DNA of 64,000 bases from the human T2T-CHM13v2.0 reference genome, Homo sapiens: the NCBI RefSeq assembly GCF_009914755.1, contig NC_060925.1; one strand, written 5' to 3'. Position numbers and translations under genes: made by a program. Positions within the stretch are counted from its first letter, which is position 1; every line of letters begins with the position of its first letter. Under the pieces are notes generated by a model. It saw only the letters and a list, made by a program, of their open reading frames with translations, was not told the DNA's origin and did not search any database. Positions 26,163 through 42,060 of the stretch are shown piece after piece.

Positions 26163-26528
26163 TGTGTTAGTCCTTTCAGGTCGCTATACCAGAATATCAC
26201 AGCCTGGATGGTTTATGAACAACATAAATTTATTTCTTACAGTTCTAGAGGCCAGGAAGTCCAAGATCAAGGTGTCAACAGATTCAGGGTCTAATGAGGA
26301 TTTGTTTCCTGGTTCACAGACAGCTGTCTTTTTGCTGTGTCCTCACATGGTGGAAGGGGCAAGGAAGTTCTCTAAGGTCTCTTTTATAAGGGCACTAATC
26401 CCATTCATGAGGGCTCTGTCCTCATGACCTAATCACCCCCCGAAGACCCACTGCCAAATATCATCACACTAGGGATTAGATTTAAACATACAAATTTTGG
26501 GGGGGATACAAACATTCAATCTATATCA
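26163..26528 (-). mobile_element. MLT1A-type solo LTR
   Basis: MaLR LTR motifs (ggaagtccaagatcaagg; ttttataagggcactaatcccattcatgaggg). Confidence 0.85.
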
Positions 26529-27503
26529 CTTAAGGTAGAGTGAAGAAACAGGGAGGACAAGAAGCATTTATTTTGTGTCATTATTAAACTTCTGCATTAG
26601 GCTATCTTGAGCCTATACTATTGTTCAAAATCTCTTTATTATACAAGCCATTTTGAATTTTGATTGTTTGCAACCAAAATTAACCTAATAAGTTAAAATG
26701 TACTATAATGTTACATCATAATTTGTCTGTACTAGTAGTATTTGCTAGAGTGTTTAGGGGAATACTTGCTTGTTAACTTTTTAGTAAATATAACACTCCA
26801 TGTTCAAATACATTTGGGAAATGCTGAGCATTTCACACTTTTAGAGACTCAAAACAGGCAGCACATTTTTAAAAAATAAAAATAAAACCAAATAGCATTG
26901 CATTTGGAGAATGGTACAAAAAAAGAGAATTTGATAAACCAGAGTTATCAGAACTCAGTGGATACTATGTGTTAGACATTATTATAAGCCATTAAACATT
27001 TTACAAGCTTGATACCTGAGTTAAAAATTAATAACCCAAAGACACATTGGAAGAGAAAAGTTGACATATTTTTATTATATTAATGACCTAAAGATATCAT
27101 AGCAACTAACCTCATTATAGTCAACAAGTGAATGAACGTAAATAATATTAAATAACTATTGGAAAGTCTCTCTGATTAAGCATGGAAATAAATAGGCAGT
27201 GCTTTTGACCAATAAATGGAGGACTTACAATATTTTCCAATACGAAACAAAAAGATTCTAAATGTAAAGGTTTTAGGCCCAAAATATGTTAGTCAATTCA
27301 TGACAGCAGAAATTCAGCAGGTCATATTTTTGGGGTAATGTAAATGACAATAGAAATCATGGACTAAAGTGTAACAAATAAGTAATATCTAGGCAGGTGG
27401 AAATTTTAAGATCTTTTAAATTAACTTCTGGACTATAGCAAAAATTCAAACTAAAATTCATCAGGGAGTCAGGGAAGGTCAAATGAAGAAGCATGGGGAT
27501 TGA

Positions 27504-27757
<254 letters not shown>

Positions 27758-28349
27758 ACAAGTATTATCTTAATGTTATAGAAGAAAAGTAATTCTGGCC
27801 ATATATAGGTATTATTCTTTGCAGTGGAATATCATTTCAGAAATTTGTGCCAAACATAAAATTAGTTTTCTAGTAGTAAAAAGTAATTAAACTCTTTAAA
27901 TTATTATTACCCCTAGTATACTGGGGAATGAGTGTGTGTTCCAAATGAAAAAAACTTGGGATGTCTAATGAGATGCTGTTTTCTGTCGCAGAAAATCTAT
28001 GTAAAATGTTTTTTCTCACGTGTACACTGTTGATATTTGAGACAGCACATGTTAACACTTCAAGAAGTAAAATAAATGTGTTGATTATATCCACAGTTTT
28101 CATATTTATTAACTATATATTTTGTTTTTAATGTAATGCCTATTGAAAAACCTGTAAATAGTTGTTTCTTAAAATTGATAAATACTGCCTAAGATTTTTC
28201 TGTATATTTTCATATTTCAATTTTCCTGTGAGGTTAGAATGAACACTTTTAGCTAAGACATTTGGGCCTCCAAATCCTAAACCTTTCAGAATGTTAGTTT
28301 ATTATTTGGTTTTTACCTAAATTATTTTCTGCTTATTCAAGATCCTTAG

Positions 28350-28772
<423 letters not shown>

Positions 28773-30116
28773 TGACACAGAATATATCTTAATTTAAAAA
28801 GACATATGTTTGTTGAGCTATCTGTTACGTTGGTATATCTTGGAATTTTAAAAAATATAAACCACAGAAGCCAATTATGGCTGACATTAACAATAAATAG
28901 GTTTATCACAGAAATAGTGGGGAACTTGTAGAACTGTTGAGAAGGCTAGAGAGCCAGATCAAAGCTAGGCAGCCAGGAAATGTACCCCAAACCATGCTGT
29001 AGAACTCATCCAGGGAGGAAACCACTGTCACCACCAGTAAGAAGTAACACCGAAGATGCAGAGAGCAACAATTGCAGCAATTGCTCAATCCTAGGCTAAC
29101 TGCAAAGCCACCAGCACCACTCCCACTTGTTCGCTTTGCAACAGATAGCTGCAAAGGAGGCTGAGAAAGCAAGCATTTGACATTTTAGCTTCTAAAGCAG
29201 GAGGTGGTTTCTTGTTTTCGTCAAAACTGAGAGGCTGAGGAATTCCTCAAACACAGGAACAAACATCAAATAGTAAATATTCATGCTTTAACTTGCTCAA
29301 TATCAATATAAACTTTCCCTTTTGAAAGTAAACACGAAAGACCCAAGCTTCCTTCTAACAGAGTGCAACTATTTCTCTAATAATTGAACATGTACCTACA
29401 ATCTCTTGAACAATGAAACAATAAAAAATTCTCAATCACAGCATGTACTCTAAGTCTAAGAATTCTGGGTTATGTCCATTCCTCTACAAAGTTCTTCACT
29501 ATACTCTCTTGACATTCTGCCATATATCATTTAAAAATTAAGTTAATCACCCTCAATAAGCCCTGTTTTAAAAAGAGGGATAAATGGAGAGGAAAGAAGG
29601 AAAGTTGTTAAGATACATAAGTATGCACAGGACAATACAAGAGAAACAATGTGTTTGGATGTAAAGGCTCTCCTTTCTGCAAGTGGCCAGCAGGTCACTA
29701 TTGGCATCTATGGCCATGTGCCCTCAGCTAACACCTCTGCTAGTCAGGGTTTTGCCTTGTGAAATGACCAAATATTCATTCCTGACAGAGAAATGTCCTT
29801 GATAATCTTTTTGTGTGAGCGTGCCATGGTCATTGTTAATTTCTTTCATTTAACAAAATAATAGACTTTATTTTTTGAGCAGTTTTAGCTTTATGGAAAG
29901 ATCGAGCAGAAAGTACAGAGTTCTCACATACTGTCACCTTTATCCCACCCCCAGTTTACATTAGAGTTCACTCTTTGTGTGGTACAGGTCTAGGAGTTTT
30001 GCAAAACGCATAATGTCATGTACCCATCATTACATTATTACCAACGTATTTTCAATCCCCTAAAAATCGCCTGTTTCAGAACTATTTATCTCCCTACCCA
30101 TCCCCAAACTCCTGGC

Positions 30117-30913
30117 AACCACTGAGCTTTTTTGTTGTTGTTGTTGTTACTTAGTTTTTATTTCATAATCATAAACTTAACTCAACTCTGCAATCCAGCT
30201 AGGCATGGAAGGGAACAAGGAAAACATGGAACCCAAAGGGAACTGCAGCAAGAGCACAAAGATTCTAGGATATTGCAAGCAAATGTGGTGGAGGGGTGCT
30301 CTCCTGAGCTACAGAAGGAATGGGTCTGGTGGTGAAAATAAAACACAAGTCAAACTCATTAGAATTGTCCACAGTCAGCAATGGTGATCTTCTTGCTGGT
30401 CTTGCTATTCCTGTACCCAAAGTGCTCCGTGGCTTCCACAATATTCACACGTTCTTTCACCTTGCCAAACGCCACATGCTTGCCATCCAACCACTCAGTC
30501 TTGGCAGCGCAGATGAAAAACTGGGAACCATTTGTGTTGGGTCCAGCATTTGCCATGGACAAGATGCCAGAACCTGTATGCTTTCGGATGAGGTTCTCAT
30601 CATCAAATTTCTCCCCATAGATGGACTTGTCACCGGTGCCATTAGGGCGTGTGAAGTCACCACCCTGACACATAAACCCTGGAATAATTCTGTGAAAGCA
30701 GGAACCCTTATAACGAAATCCTTTCTCTCCAGTGCTCAGAGCACGAAAGTTTTCTGCTGTCTTTGGAATCTTGTCTGCAAACAGTTTGATGGAGATGCGG
30801 CCCAAGGGCTTGCCATCCCTGGTGATTTCAAAAAAGACGACGGAGTTGACCATGGCTGATAGTACAGGGCTCACAGCGATGGTGGCGTCTGCAAAGATAA
30901 CCACTGATCTTTT
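30117..30913 (-). mobile_element. Extent of the PPIA retrocopy with target-site duplication
   Basis: TSD AACCACTGA(G/T)CTTTT at 30117-30131 and 30899-30913. PPIA-like 5'UTR tttgcagacgccacc...tgtactatcagccATG. AATAAA (minus strand) at 30157-30162; tail decayed to (CAA)n. Confidence 0.9.
30359..30853 (-). CDS. PPIAL4D: Peptidyl-prolyl isomerase A-like 4 (cyclophilin A retrogene), 164 aa; PPIAL4 family, D paralog most likely
   Basis: [31 protein letters not shown]...IADCGQF is the PPIAL4 signature. The EITRD and EATEHF residues match my recollection of the D paralog (E/F not excluded). ATG at 30853-30851; intronless. Confidence 0.88.
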   Translation of the reverse strand: MVNSVVFFEITRDGKPLGRISIKLFADKIPKTAENFRALSTGEKGFRYKGSCFHRIIPGFMCQGGDFTRPNGTGDKSIYGEKFDDENLIRKHTGSGILSMANAGPNTNGSQFFICAAKTEWLDGKHVAFGKVKERVNIVEATEHFGYRNSKTSKKITIADCGQF

Positions 30914-31155
30914 CACTGTCTTTATAGTTTGGCCTTTTCCAGAGTGTTGTATAGTTGAAATCACAGTATGTACCCTTTTCAGACTGGCTTCTTTCACTTA
31001 GCAAAATGTCTTTGTTTTTCTGTATCTTTTTGTGGCTTGATAGTTTTTTCCTTTTAGCACTGAATAATATTCCACTGTAGGAATATACCACATTTTGCTT
31101 ATGCAGTCACCTATTGAAGGACATCTTGGTTGCTTCCAAGTTGTGGCAGTCTTCA

Positions 31156-31157
31156 TT

Positions 31158-31218
<61 letters not shown>

Positions 31219-31387
31219 TTCTTTTTTTTTTTTTTTTTTTGAGACAGAGTCTTGCTCTGTCACCCAGGCTGGAGTGAAGTGGCACAATCTCAGCTCATTG
31301 CAACCTCCGCCTCCCAGGTTCAAGTGATTCTCTTCCTCAGCCTCTGGAGTAGCTGGGATTACAGGTGTGCACCACCACGCCTGGTTA
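31156..31387 (-). mobile_element. Alu right arm with (TTTC)n tail
   Basis: Monomeric Alu; TSD-like AGTCTTCA. Confidence 0.9.
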
Positions 31388-31389
31388 GT

Positions 31390-33650
31390 CTTCAGGAATA
31401 TTTACAGGACTGTATAGAATTAGGAGCCATCAAAGGGGATCCCTGAATTCTTTCTGTTTTTCTTACAAATACCAGTTTTAAGGTCAAGATTTACTACCCC
31501 ATGCCACAGTGTAGCCGCATTTTAAATTTTAAATTTTTGACTGTTTGTTTAAAGGTCTCAGGCAACCTAAAAGGCTAGATAGAAGTCTCTCATCCTCTAA
31601 CGAAGGATGGATTGTAAAATGGAATACTGCTAAGACTCTCCCTTTGGGTACTAATTCTGCAAAAACCTAGAATCTCAGAGACAAGAGACAAGTATTTGGA
31701 GTGGATCATTAGATGTAATGACAAAAGGAGTCACTTCAACATTCATAACAAATATCAAAGATTGTTGTATTTTTTATATAGGAGACACCAGACAAGCTTA
31801 TACTTAGTTACTAGTTCAGAGGATACACCACCACATCCTCTAGCATGAGTACAACCTTATAAGCCATTGTCTCCAGCTGGCACTGTGATTGAGTCTTTAA
31901 TAAAATATTCACCATTCTGTAATAATAATAATTTTGGTTAGTGATAGGATAAATGGTGGACCAGGTGAGTCCAATGAATATCTACTCATTTGTTATACAA
32001 CAAGTTCTTTTAAGAGAAGGATGTAGAACAGGATATTATGGCAGTATATATAAGGCATTCAATGTACCCGTGGAGAGTGGCGATCAGAGAAAAATGATGT
32101 CAGGTAAAGCAAATGTAATTCAAGGTTAAAGGTAGATTCCATTTACAAAATTCCTTGTTGCCTTTATCATAGAGGAGTTCCAATAAAATCAACAAGTCTG
32201 ACAAAAGGTGACTGGTTTATTCACCCAGGATATGTTATTGTGTGCTTAGCCTTGGACTTTGTTGCTTGTGTGTTGGACACCTAATAGTCTTGACAGCTAA
32301 ATAGGCTTTTGTAAGCGAGAGTGGTAAAGTCCAACATGTTGCTGAACCTATGTGTATTCTCTACTGCTACCACCAATGTTGCTGTTTATTAGCCTTCTAA
32401 GCAAGCAATGTAGTGCCTGGTGAAAGAGATTGTTTCATACCTTCATATCTATTTGATAACCTTCCTGATGATAGTTTGGTGAGCATTCGTATTAAGCACA
32501 AATATTCTTACACTCTGGCTCATTTTCTGTGGTTCATCTACATATTTTTTCCCCAAAACTCATTGCCACCAATCCTTCAGTCTTTGTCTTTCCGAGTCCC
32601 TAATTATCTTTTCTTTTCTTTTTTTTTTTTTTTTTTTGAGACAGAGTTTCGCTTTGTTGCCCAGGCTGGAGTGCAGTGGTGCAATCTTGGTTCACTGCAA
32701 CTTCTTCCTCCTGGATTCAAGAGATTCTCCTGCCTCAGCCTCCCAAGTAGCTAGGATTGCAGGCACACACCACCACATCTGGCTAATTTTTGTATTTTTA
32801 GTAGAGACGGAGTTTCACCATGTCAGCCAGGCTGGTTTCGAACTCCTGACCTCAGACAATCCACCTGTCCTGTCCTCCAAAAGTTCTGGGATTACAGGTG
32901 TGAGCCATCAGGCCTGGCCCCAAGTCCCTAATTATCTAGACAAATTATTAGCTGCCACATATACATCAATAATATCTCTCCTTCTAGACATCGTGGACAA
33001 CCAATTACATAGGCTGAATTTCTTTTAAAATTGCATTCACGTAGGTTATAATGCCTAAGCAATCTACTTTTGGCTGCTGCTGTGATGTTGTACAGTGACT
33101 TCTGTAAATCAGGCTCAATTTTTCCCTCACTAATCAACTGGCCATAGAGAACTTCCCATGAAGACATAGGTATAGATTCTATTATTCCTACCTGCTGATG
33201 AAGCAGGATAGTTAATTGGAAAACACTTATTTCATGATAAGCAGCTCATGTTGTCATATTTTTTTGCATTGATAGGACTTCAGTTTCTACAATGGTCCAG
33301 GATCAATCAAGAGTTCTTTAAAGAAAACATTTATTTTGTCAAAGAAATGCATTTTGTTCCAAATCCTAAGAACAATAGTAGTGGTGTGTCAGAGGCTCTA
33401 TTGCATCTGGATATAAAAACAAAGGGGCACAATATTCCTGACCAGTTGGGAATTATTATCTTCATCTCAATCCCATCAAAATGTGGCAGCATGACAAGTC
33501 ATGAAGTAAAAGGACCAGGTGATAAAATGAGGTCTCCAAAATCCAAAGCATCAAAGTTCTCAGTTAGTGGTCAGGGCTGCAAAGTGCCATAATTTTGCAC
33601 TTTGGAAGGTATATCTTGAGAATATTGAGTGTATGAGACAAGTTAAAAGG
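31390..33650 (-). mobile_element. Highly degenerate ERVL/MaLR-like internal (pol/RNase H) sequence
   Basis: Minus-strand SSWEVLYGQLISEGK resembles recalled ERVL pol ASWGVPYDQLTEEEK; many stops and frameshifts. Confidence 0.5.
32608..32919 (-). mobile_element. AluS with TSD AGTCCCTAATTATCT
   Basis: Dimeric Alu with direct repeats. Confidence 0.95.
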
Positions 33651-33654
33651 TCAT

Positions 33655-33969
<315 letters not shown>

Positions 33970-34639
33970 TTAAAAGTTCGTGATTAACACCTCTGTTAGC
34001 CTCTGATCTTTATAATAATTATCACACACACACAAACCAAACACCACACATAGAGGAAACAGTAAAAGATTAAAGGACACAGCTAAAAATACATTTGTAT
34101 TATTACTTCCCAAAGTTCTAAAATTATCAGAAGGGACTAGTGAATCTTTAAAAAATATTGATTATCCAACACTTTTTAATAACCAGTATAATTGCATTGA
34201 AGGCTACTGAACATGCACATGTTCCTAAAATTTTTCTGTTATGGTGTCTGGTTTGCGAAAGGAACAAAATTAAACATAGTTCCTTGGCAATTTTTCCCTC
34301 TTCCACTCTACTAATTGGCGTATGTGCGATGTGTGTTTATTGTAAAATAGGAATAAGATTCAGAGGTCAAGAATCAAAGTGAGTCAGAGTAGGAAAAGCC
34401 AGACTCAAGCATAACAGAAGGGCAGAGCCTGTCAAACCCCAAAATTAAAGGGTAAATTTCAACACAAGTAGAAGTGGTTCAAAAGCTAAGGGCATCCTCA
34501 TAGTTCATGAAAAACAAGTATTCACGCAGGTAGCAGACTCTAATCTGCTTCAAGCCAATGTGCTATTCTCTTCGTGTTATTTATATCCCTCAGAATACCT
34601 CAAAGTTCCCAAGAGCAGTCAGTATTTAACTCTAAACTA

Positions 34640-35057
<418 letters not shown>

Positions 35058-35304
35058 AACTATGTAATATTTTAATTGTGTAGTGATAACCCTCATCAAA
35101 AGAAGTATTCATTATGGTCAGTGTACTCTGCTTATTTACCACTGAAGCTTAACACAAAATTGTTGAAATAAACATGCATATTGAAGTACTTAGCTAGCTA
35201 TTGAGGCAATACAGGTTTCTAGATTTACTCATTTTTTTCACTGTACACACATGTCGTGTGTGTCATGATAAACCCATGTGTGTGCATATATTGATTAAAT
35301 ATTA

Positions 35305-35411
35305 TATTTCTTTTTACTTTTATTATTATTATTGAGAAAAGATCTCACTCTGTCGCCCAGGCTGGAGTGCAGCGGCACAATCTCGGCTGCCTGCAGCCTT
35401 GTCCTCCCAAA
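35305..35411 (-). mobile_element. Alu fragment
   Basis: Part of a right arm. Confidence 0.8.
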
Positions 35412-35882
35412 GCCCTAGACCCTGTAACATAATGGAATATGTATGTTTCTAATTTGTGCAATATGGAAGCAGGAATACTACATAGAACTGTCATCTTTTC
35501 CTATTGCATTTATTTTGGTGTGGAAAAATATAATAATTGGCTTCAGTCAGTAAGTCTATTTCATTCAAGAATATTTAAATATAATCCAAACCATCTTAGG
35601 TACATTTTGTGATACAAGAGGATGGTATCTTCTATTTGGAAATATAAAATCCCAGGGTCTCACAGTTTAAGTATACTTTCCATGGGTATGTATAAAACAA
35701 GAATCCCACTTTACAAAGTTAATAGAAAAAATATATGCTAATTGGAAGGAGAGGCTTCTGATTGAGGATAAAGTGGAAATTTTCACATACTGCTAATTAC
35801 ACTTTAATGGAGTAAGAAAAAAAGAATTGGAAATAGTACCCTATAAAACTTCTGAAATGAAATTACAGTTTCTCTCTCTCTC

Positions 35883-36098
<216 letters not shown>

Positions 36099-36524
36099 TA
36101 GAATTAGGAGAACTGATTTTTTTCAGTGCTAAACTGGCACTGTCCTATGTTTTCAAGAAAGCAATATGGTGAAACGAAAGAGCCTGGATAGCATGTTTTG
36201 TTAGCTGGCGTCTAGTTCTTTAAGTTCCATGAGTCTATTGTGTCTTCTTTACATCTCAAAAAGAAGAGAGAAGAAACCTGCATCTAATTACTGAAGCAGT
36301 TTCATTCAGCAAATGTAATTGCATCGCAGGCACATCTCAAATTAAAAATCTTCATCTTGGTCTCTGTCATTTCCATTTTAAACTGGGACTGAATAACCTG
36401 TTTTACCACTCAAAATAATAGCCAGTGTCTCTTTCTTATTAAAATATGTGATCTTTTGCTTGATTACCTAATTATGTCACCTGCACCTTACATGAGGCAG
36501 ATAGAAGAGTCTTCCAGTCTGCCA

Positions 36525-37001
<477 letters not shown>

Positions 37002-40000
37002 GTGCAAGTTTATAAACATGGAAACGTGGACAATTGTAAGCAATATTAGAGAACTGTAGAAAACAATTTTTTAAGTGATATGTTTAACCTATTTAGAATA
37101 AAACCCATTATGGTCCTAGGAATTTCTGGAACTGCCTTACTTGTGAGAAACATGATCCTAAGATGCCCATTTGTTTATCAGTACATCAATTTTCTCCTTC
37201 TTGAATTGGTATCATTATTTTCTTCCAAGAAGCCTAGCACACTTTTGTTGTTGTCATTGAAAGAGGGCATATAAGGGTTATGGCTGCTATTTGGAGAAAT
37301 GCATTAGAAAATAAAAAGCTTGAAAAAGTTGTATTACTGAGAAAAAAGTTGAATGAAAATAAGAAAGATTAAATTGAAATAAATAATGAATCAGTAAGGT
37401 ATGCACTGTTAAACACTTGATGGGATTTCCCAAGTATCGACATGCTGATAACTTGAAATAAGAATGGGAGAAAAGGTCAATCTGAATTCTTAAAATGTTG
37501 AAGGCTGGGAATAAGAAGTAATATATCACAGAATCTGATAGAAAAATTTTTATTTATTTTATGGGAGAAATGGGAGACTAACAGACAATAGGAATAGGAA
37601 AGAATTAATAGAAATAGCAAAAAGAAGTGTATCTGCAATTATTAATATAATACAAGAGGACATTGTGTAGAGATATTTAAAGAAAGATTGATGAAATTTA
37701 GATTTATGGAGAAATATCCTAATAAAGACATTATTTATAATCAACTGTTCATCATTATTATATAATTCTGACAGTTTTTAGGTTATAAATGTAAGGCAGA
37801 ATGATCTAATATAAAATGTATAAATGGGACAACATATAATTTTGCTTAGGAAGTTGAATAAATAAAGTAGTGATTTACAATTTGCATTAATATAAAAAAA
37901 TTTAAAAAATGGTTTACATTTTGTTTGAAATGGATGATAAACAGGAAAAGAGTAATTTAGTACATTGAGTAATTTAGTACATTGGTCACCAAAGAAATAC
38001 AAATTGAAACTATAAGATGCCTTCTCCCATCTTTGTCAGATTTGTAGGTATAAAAACAGTAGTAGTTGTATTCGTTGGAGAACAGAAAGATGACACTTTC
38101 ATATGCGGCTGATTAGAGCACAGATTGGTATATTATTTCTGAGATGCAATTTGAAAATATGTACCATCAGCCTCAAAGATGATTATGACCATGTGTCACT
38201 ACTTTCTTGGAAATCATTATTAATGCATGTATAGATTGATGTTTACTGTAGTATTACTTAACATAATGAGTTGAGTACAACCTTCACTCCCAAAAAACAT
38301 GAGGTAGGGGTGAACTAGTTAAATATACAATCACAATGAGCTATGACAAAATGCAGTTACTTAAAAGCACATTTATAAAACTATTAATGGCAATAAACAT
38401 GATTTAATATAATGTTTTCAAAAATTAGGGGAATTCTATTCCCAGCATTGTGGTAGACTAAATTTGCTGAATCACTATGCTGCTATATGAAATCTACAAA
38501 TACCAGATAAAATGTACATGTCATTTTTCAAAAGTATATTACTGACTTGAATAGAAACTAAGGTGAACCACATAGGCCAAGCATAAGGAGAATACATAAA
38601 TCCAGAGAGGTATGCAGACCCCCAAACCAGAAGCTTCCATAAGGACAGTCCTGGTCCTAGTACCCTGAGCTTCAATTTTTATGACCACCTGGGATATGGG
38701 AGAGTGTGAGACAAAACCTAGTGCCTGCCCAGTATAGCAGTCTTACAGGAGAAAACTGCTGAAAGCCACAGATACGAAGGACTATAATTTCAGGGAAAGG
38801 ATAAACTAGATAAAAACCTGTTCCTCAGGGGGAGACAACCAGGAAATTTTCCTGCCTCAAACTCGGTGCTATTTAGAGGAAAAATGAGAAGGCCATCTTC
38901 ACATGAATTTGTGGTTTAAATTTTCACTGTAAGTATAAGTTAAAAAAAACCCACACATGAAACTGATAATTTATTTTATAGTTATCCCATGTTGGTATTA
39001 CCACCAAACACAAGACGAAGGCAAAGTGTCTTTGGAGAAACCCACATTCAGCCCATGTCTCAAAGAATGGCCACAGGTAAAATTTCATCCAAAATGAGAA
39101 AAAAGTAAGACTCTTACAAAACTCATGAGGAAATAAACATCATGAGCAGAAACAGAATTATGCCCATAAAGATTTCAGATATTAGGACGATTATATAACT
39201 ATAAAAGCTGTGTTTAATATGTTTAAAAAATCAATGAGGTGTGCCAGGAATATAAATTGAGACAGTGTATGTATCTTATATTAAGCAGATTGAAACTGAA
39301 TTTAAGAGATCTTTTAGAAATAAAAAATATAATGAAAATTAAAAACTAAATGGACAGGTTAAACACAATATTGGATAGAACCAAAAAGAAAATAAGTGAG
39401 TTGGAAGTTAGACTAAACAAATTATGCTGAAGACAGTACAGAGGAGGAAAGGAAAATGGATATGTGAAATAGAGGTTGAAAAATTAGAGTATCTAATCAT
39501 ATCTGCAAAAGAAAAATTGAATTGAGGGAAGGTTATATTTAAGGTTATATTTAATATCTGAGGGCTTTTCGTCATTGGAATTTATTAATGTTCAAGGAAA
39601 CCTGGAAAGTTTTCTAACACATTAAAGGAGCTTTAATTATAAGTTCCAAATTCTTCTTAGAAGAAGAGAACCAGCAGGCCCAGACATTTTTACTGGTGAG
39701 TTCTATCAAATGTTTTCAAGAAATGGATTATTTCCATTTTATAAAAACAACTCCAGAATAAAAAAAGGTCCATTTGTTCGTTCATTTTATGAGGCCAGTA
39801 CAACCTTGATACCAATGTTATATGAGAAATGTGTAAGACAGGAAAATTACATGCCAACTTTCCTCATGAACCTAACGGCAAACATTTTAAATTAAAAGTT
39901 AGCAAATTAAGTTTAGAAGTCTATAAAAAATATAGTATGAAAATTGTGTTTGTTCCATGAATGCAAGGATTTCTAACAATAGAAAAAAAAAACTATGTAT

Positions 40001-41661
40001 AATTCATCACATTAACAAGTTAAAGGAGGAAAAGCAAATCATCATTGTAGGAGAGGCAAAAAGTGAATTCAATAAAATAAAATATTTAACTTTGACAAAT
40101 CTTGTTTAGCAAACAAGAAATAGAAGAGCTTTCAGTGTTTGCTTATAAATCAGAAACTATTCTTCGTCTTTCAAGCAGAGGTGATTTAATACAGGTGATT
40201 GATTACACAAGTGATGGAAGCCAAACCAGGCTTGGTGAGTCAGCAGCCCATATTTAATATATTTATATATTAAATATTTAATTATACTTCAAAACTTTTA
40301 TGTACACTATAATCTCATTATTGTTTTCTATACTATTATATGCAATATACAAATACAGAAATACAGAAATGTACCTCAGTTTGAAAGAGAATTTGAATAT
40401 GAGGCAAAAAGATACCCCCAAATTATAGTTACATTACAAGAATTGAATTTAAGAAGGAAGAAGCAAATTGCAAGAGATAAGGCCAAGCCTCTTTAGTAAT
40501 GATCATTCTAAATCCAATTGGTATAAATTTAGGAACGCACAACTGGATTGCAGTGTAACTAAGAAAGTTTGTGTGTCAATAACCATATTTATCCTATGTG
40601 AAGAAATAATAGTTTCATAGGAGAAGGTTAATTGGCATGGAGTCTGTAAAAGAGAAGTTTGGATAGATGATTGAGCTATGTATTTGTCAAATAATATCTA
40701 AAGGTAAAAAGAGATCTAGTTCACAGAGGCGAATCTCTGATTTTTTAATTTGCATTAACAGAAACAACATTGGAAGGGAGTATATTAAGATTTTAATAGT
40801 GACTATTTCTGCCAATGGTTTCTGTTTTATTGTTTACTATTTTTGGTATATTTCCAATGTTTCTTAATAAGTGTTTATTATTTAAAAAATGAGAAAACAG
40901 CAATGAGTAATTCAGTAAAATAACATTTTTCAAAATTGTGACTGCTATGATTATGAGCCAATTATGAAAGAAAGAGACACAGATAGAAATAGGGTGACCA
41001 ATCTTTCAACTTACTCAGGAATGAAGGATTTTCTGGATGGGGGATTTTTGTTGCTAAAATCGGGACAGTAGGGGACATATTGGGACTGTGGAAAAACCCT
41101 ACAGGGATTTATTTCCTAACTATGAATTTCTATCTTGGTCTAGAGACGACTGTTCTCATAAATAGGTAGAATAGATGTGGTATTTCTGGAATGAGATTTA
41201 ACATCTTTACGTAGCTTGCCCTATTAAAAGTAGACAAATGCTTGTGAGAGAATATCATATACTTTTGAAAGCTAATGTCTTAACTAATTCGCTGTGAGCA
41301 AAGCTCTTGAAGACTGTGATGTAACAGAGATTCCTAGGTATCAGTGAAGATACGGAGATGAAAAAGGGAAGTTGAAAAAAGAAGCTGAGAGATAAGCATG
41401 GAAATCATTTTCCAAACTCATTTTTCCAATCTCCATTTTCCTGTATTGAGAAGTGAAAATATGTTTTCTAGAGATAAAGTTCTAGAAATGAACTCTGACA
41501 TAGATATTTTAAAACCCATTTCAGAAACAAAATAATATGTGAACCTAGAGTAGTTGTAATTTATGTCCTTTTGTCTGTCTTTATCCTGTAGTTAAGTTTC
41601 CCTTGGGATCTCTTTGGGAAAATGGAGTACTGCATTTTACAAGGCAGGACTTGAATTTTCG

Positions 41662-42060
41662 TTCTTTTCCTTCTTTCTCTCTCTCTTTCTTTCTTTCCTT
41701 TTCTTCTTTCTTCTTTCTCTCTTTTTCTTTCTTTCTTCCTTTCTTTCCTTCCTTTTTCTTTTCTTTCTTTCTCTCTTTCTTTCTTCCTCTCTCTCTTTTT
41801 CTCTTCTTTCTTTCTTTCTTTGTTCCTTTCTTCTTTCTTTCTTCTTTTCCTTCCTTCCTTCCTTCCTTCCTTCCTCTTCTTCCTTTCTTTCTCCTTTCTT
41901 TTTTTTTTTTTTTTGACATGATCTCACTTTGTCACCCAGGCTAGAGTGCAGTGATGTGATCATAGCTTAATGCAGCCTCTCTCTCCTGGGCTCAAGCAAA
42001 CCTCCCACCTCAGCTTCCAGAGTACCTGGGGCTACAGCTGCGTGCCACCATGCCCAGCTA
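41662..42060 (-). mobile_element. AluJ/FRAM monomer with a ~250-bp (TTTC/CCTT)n tail; TSD AGGACTTGAATTTTC
   Basis: Pyrimidine tract 41662-41914, Alu arm 41915-42060, 15-bp direct repeats. Confidence 0.9.

Larger units (their letters stand above)
29862..31150 (-). mobile_element. L1MC-type 3' fragment interrupted by the PPIA retrocopy
   Basis: gagcagttttag..gagcagaaagtacagagttc motif; cctggcaaccactga|...ttttcactgtc continues across the insertion. Confidence 0.75.

Noticed and set aside
30320-30859. 179-aa plus-strand ORF antisense to PPIAL4
   Set aside because: Shadow frame of the cyclophilin CDS; no independent evidence.
30854-30997. 48-codon N-terminal extension of the PPIAL4 ORF (212 aa in the track)
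   Set aside because: It starts at GTG in L1M flank outside the TSD; the real start is the PPIA-homologous ATG at 30853.
41581-41963. Lys/Glu/Arg-rich and Phe/Ser/Leu-rich ORFs
   Set aside because: Translations of the TTTC/CCTT microsatellite. The same applies to 30998-31327 and 34560-34889.
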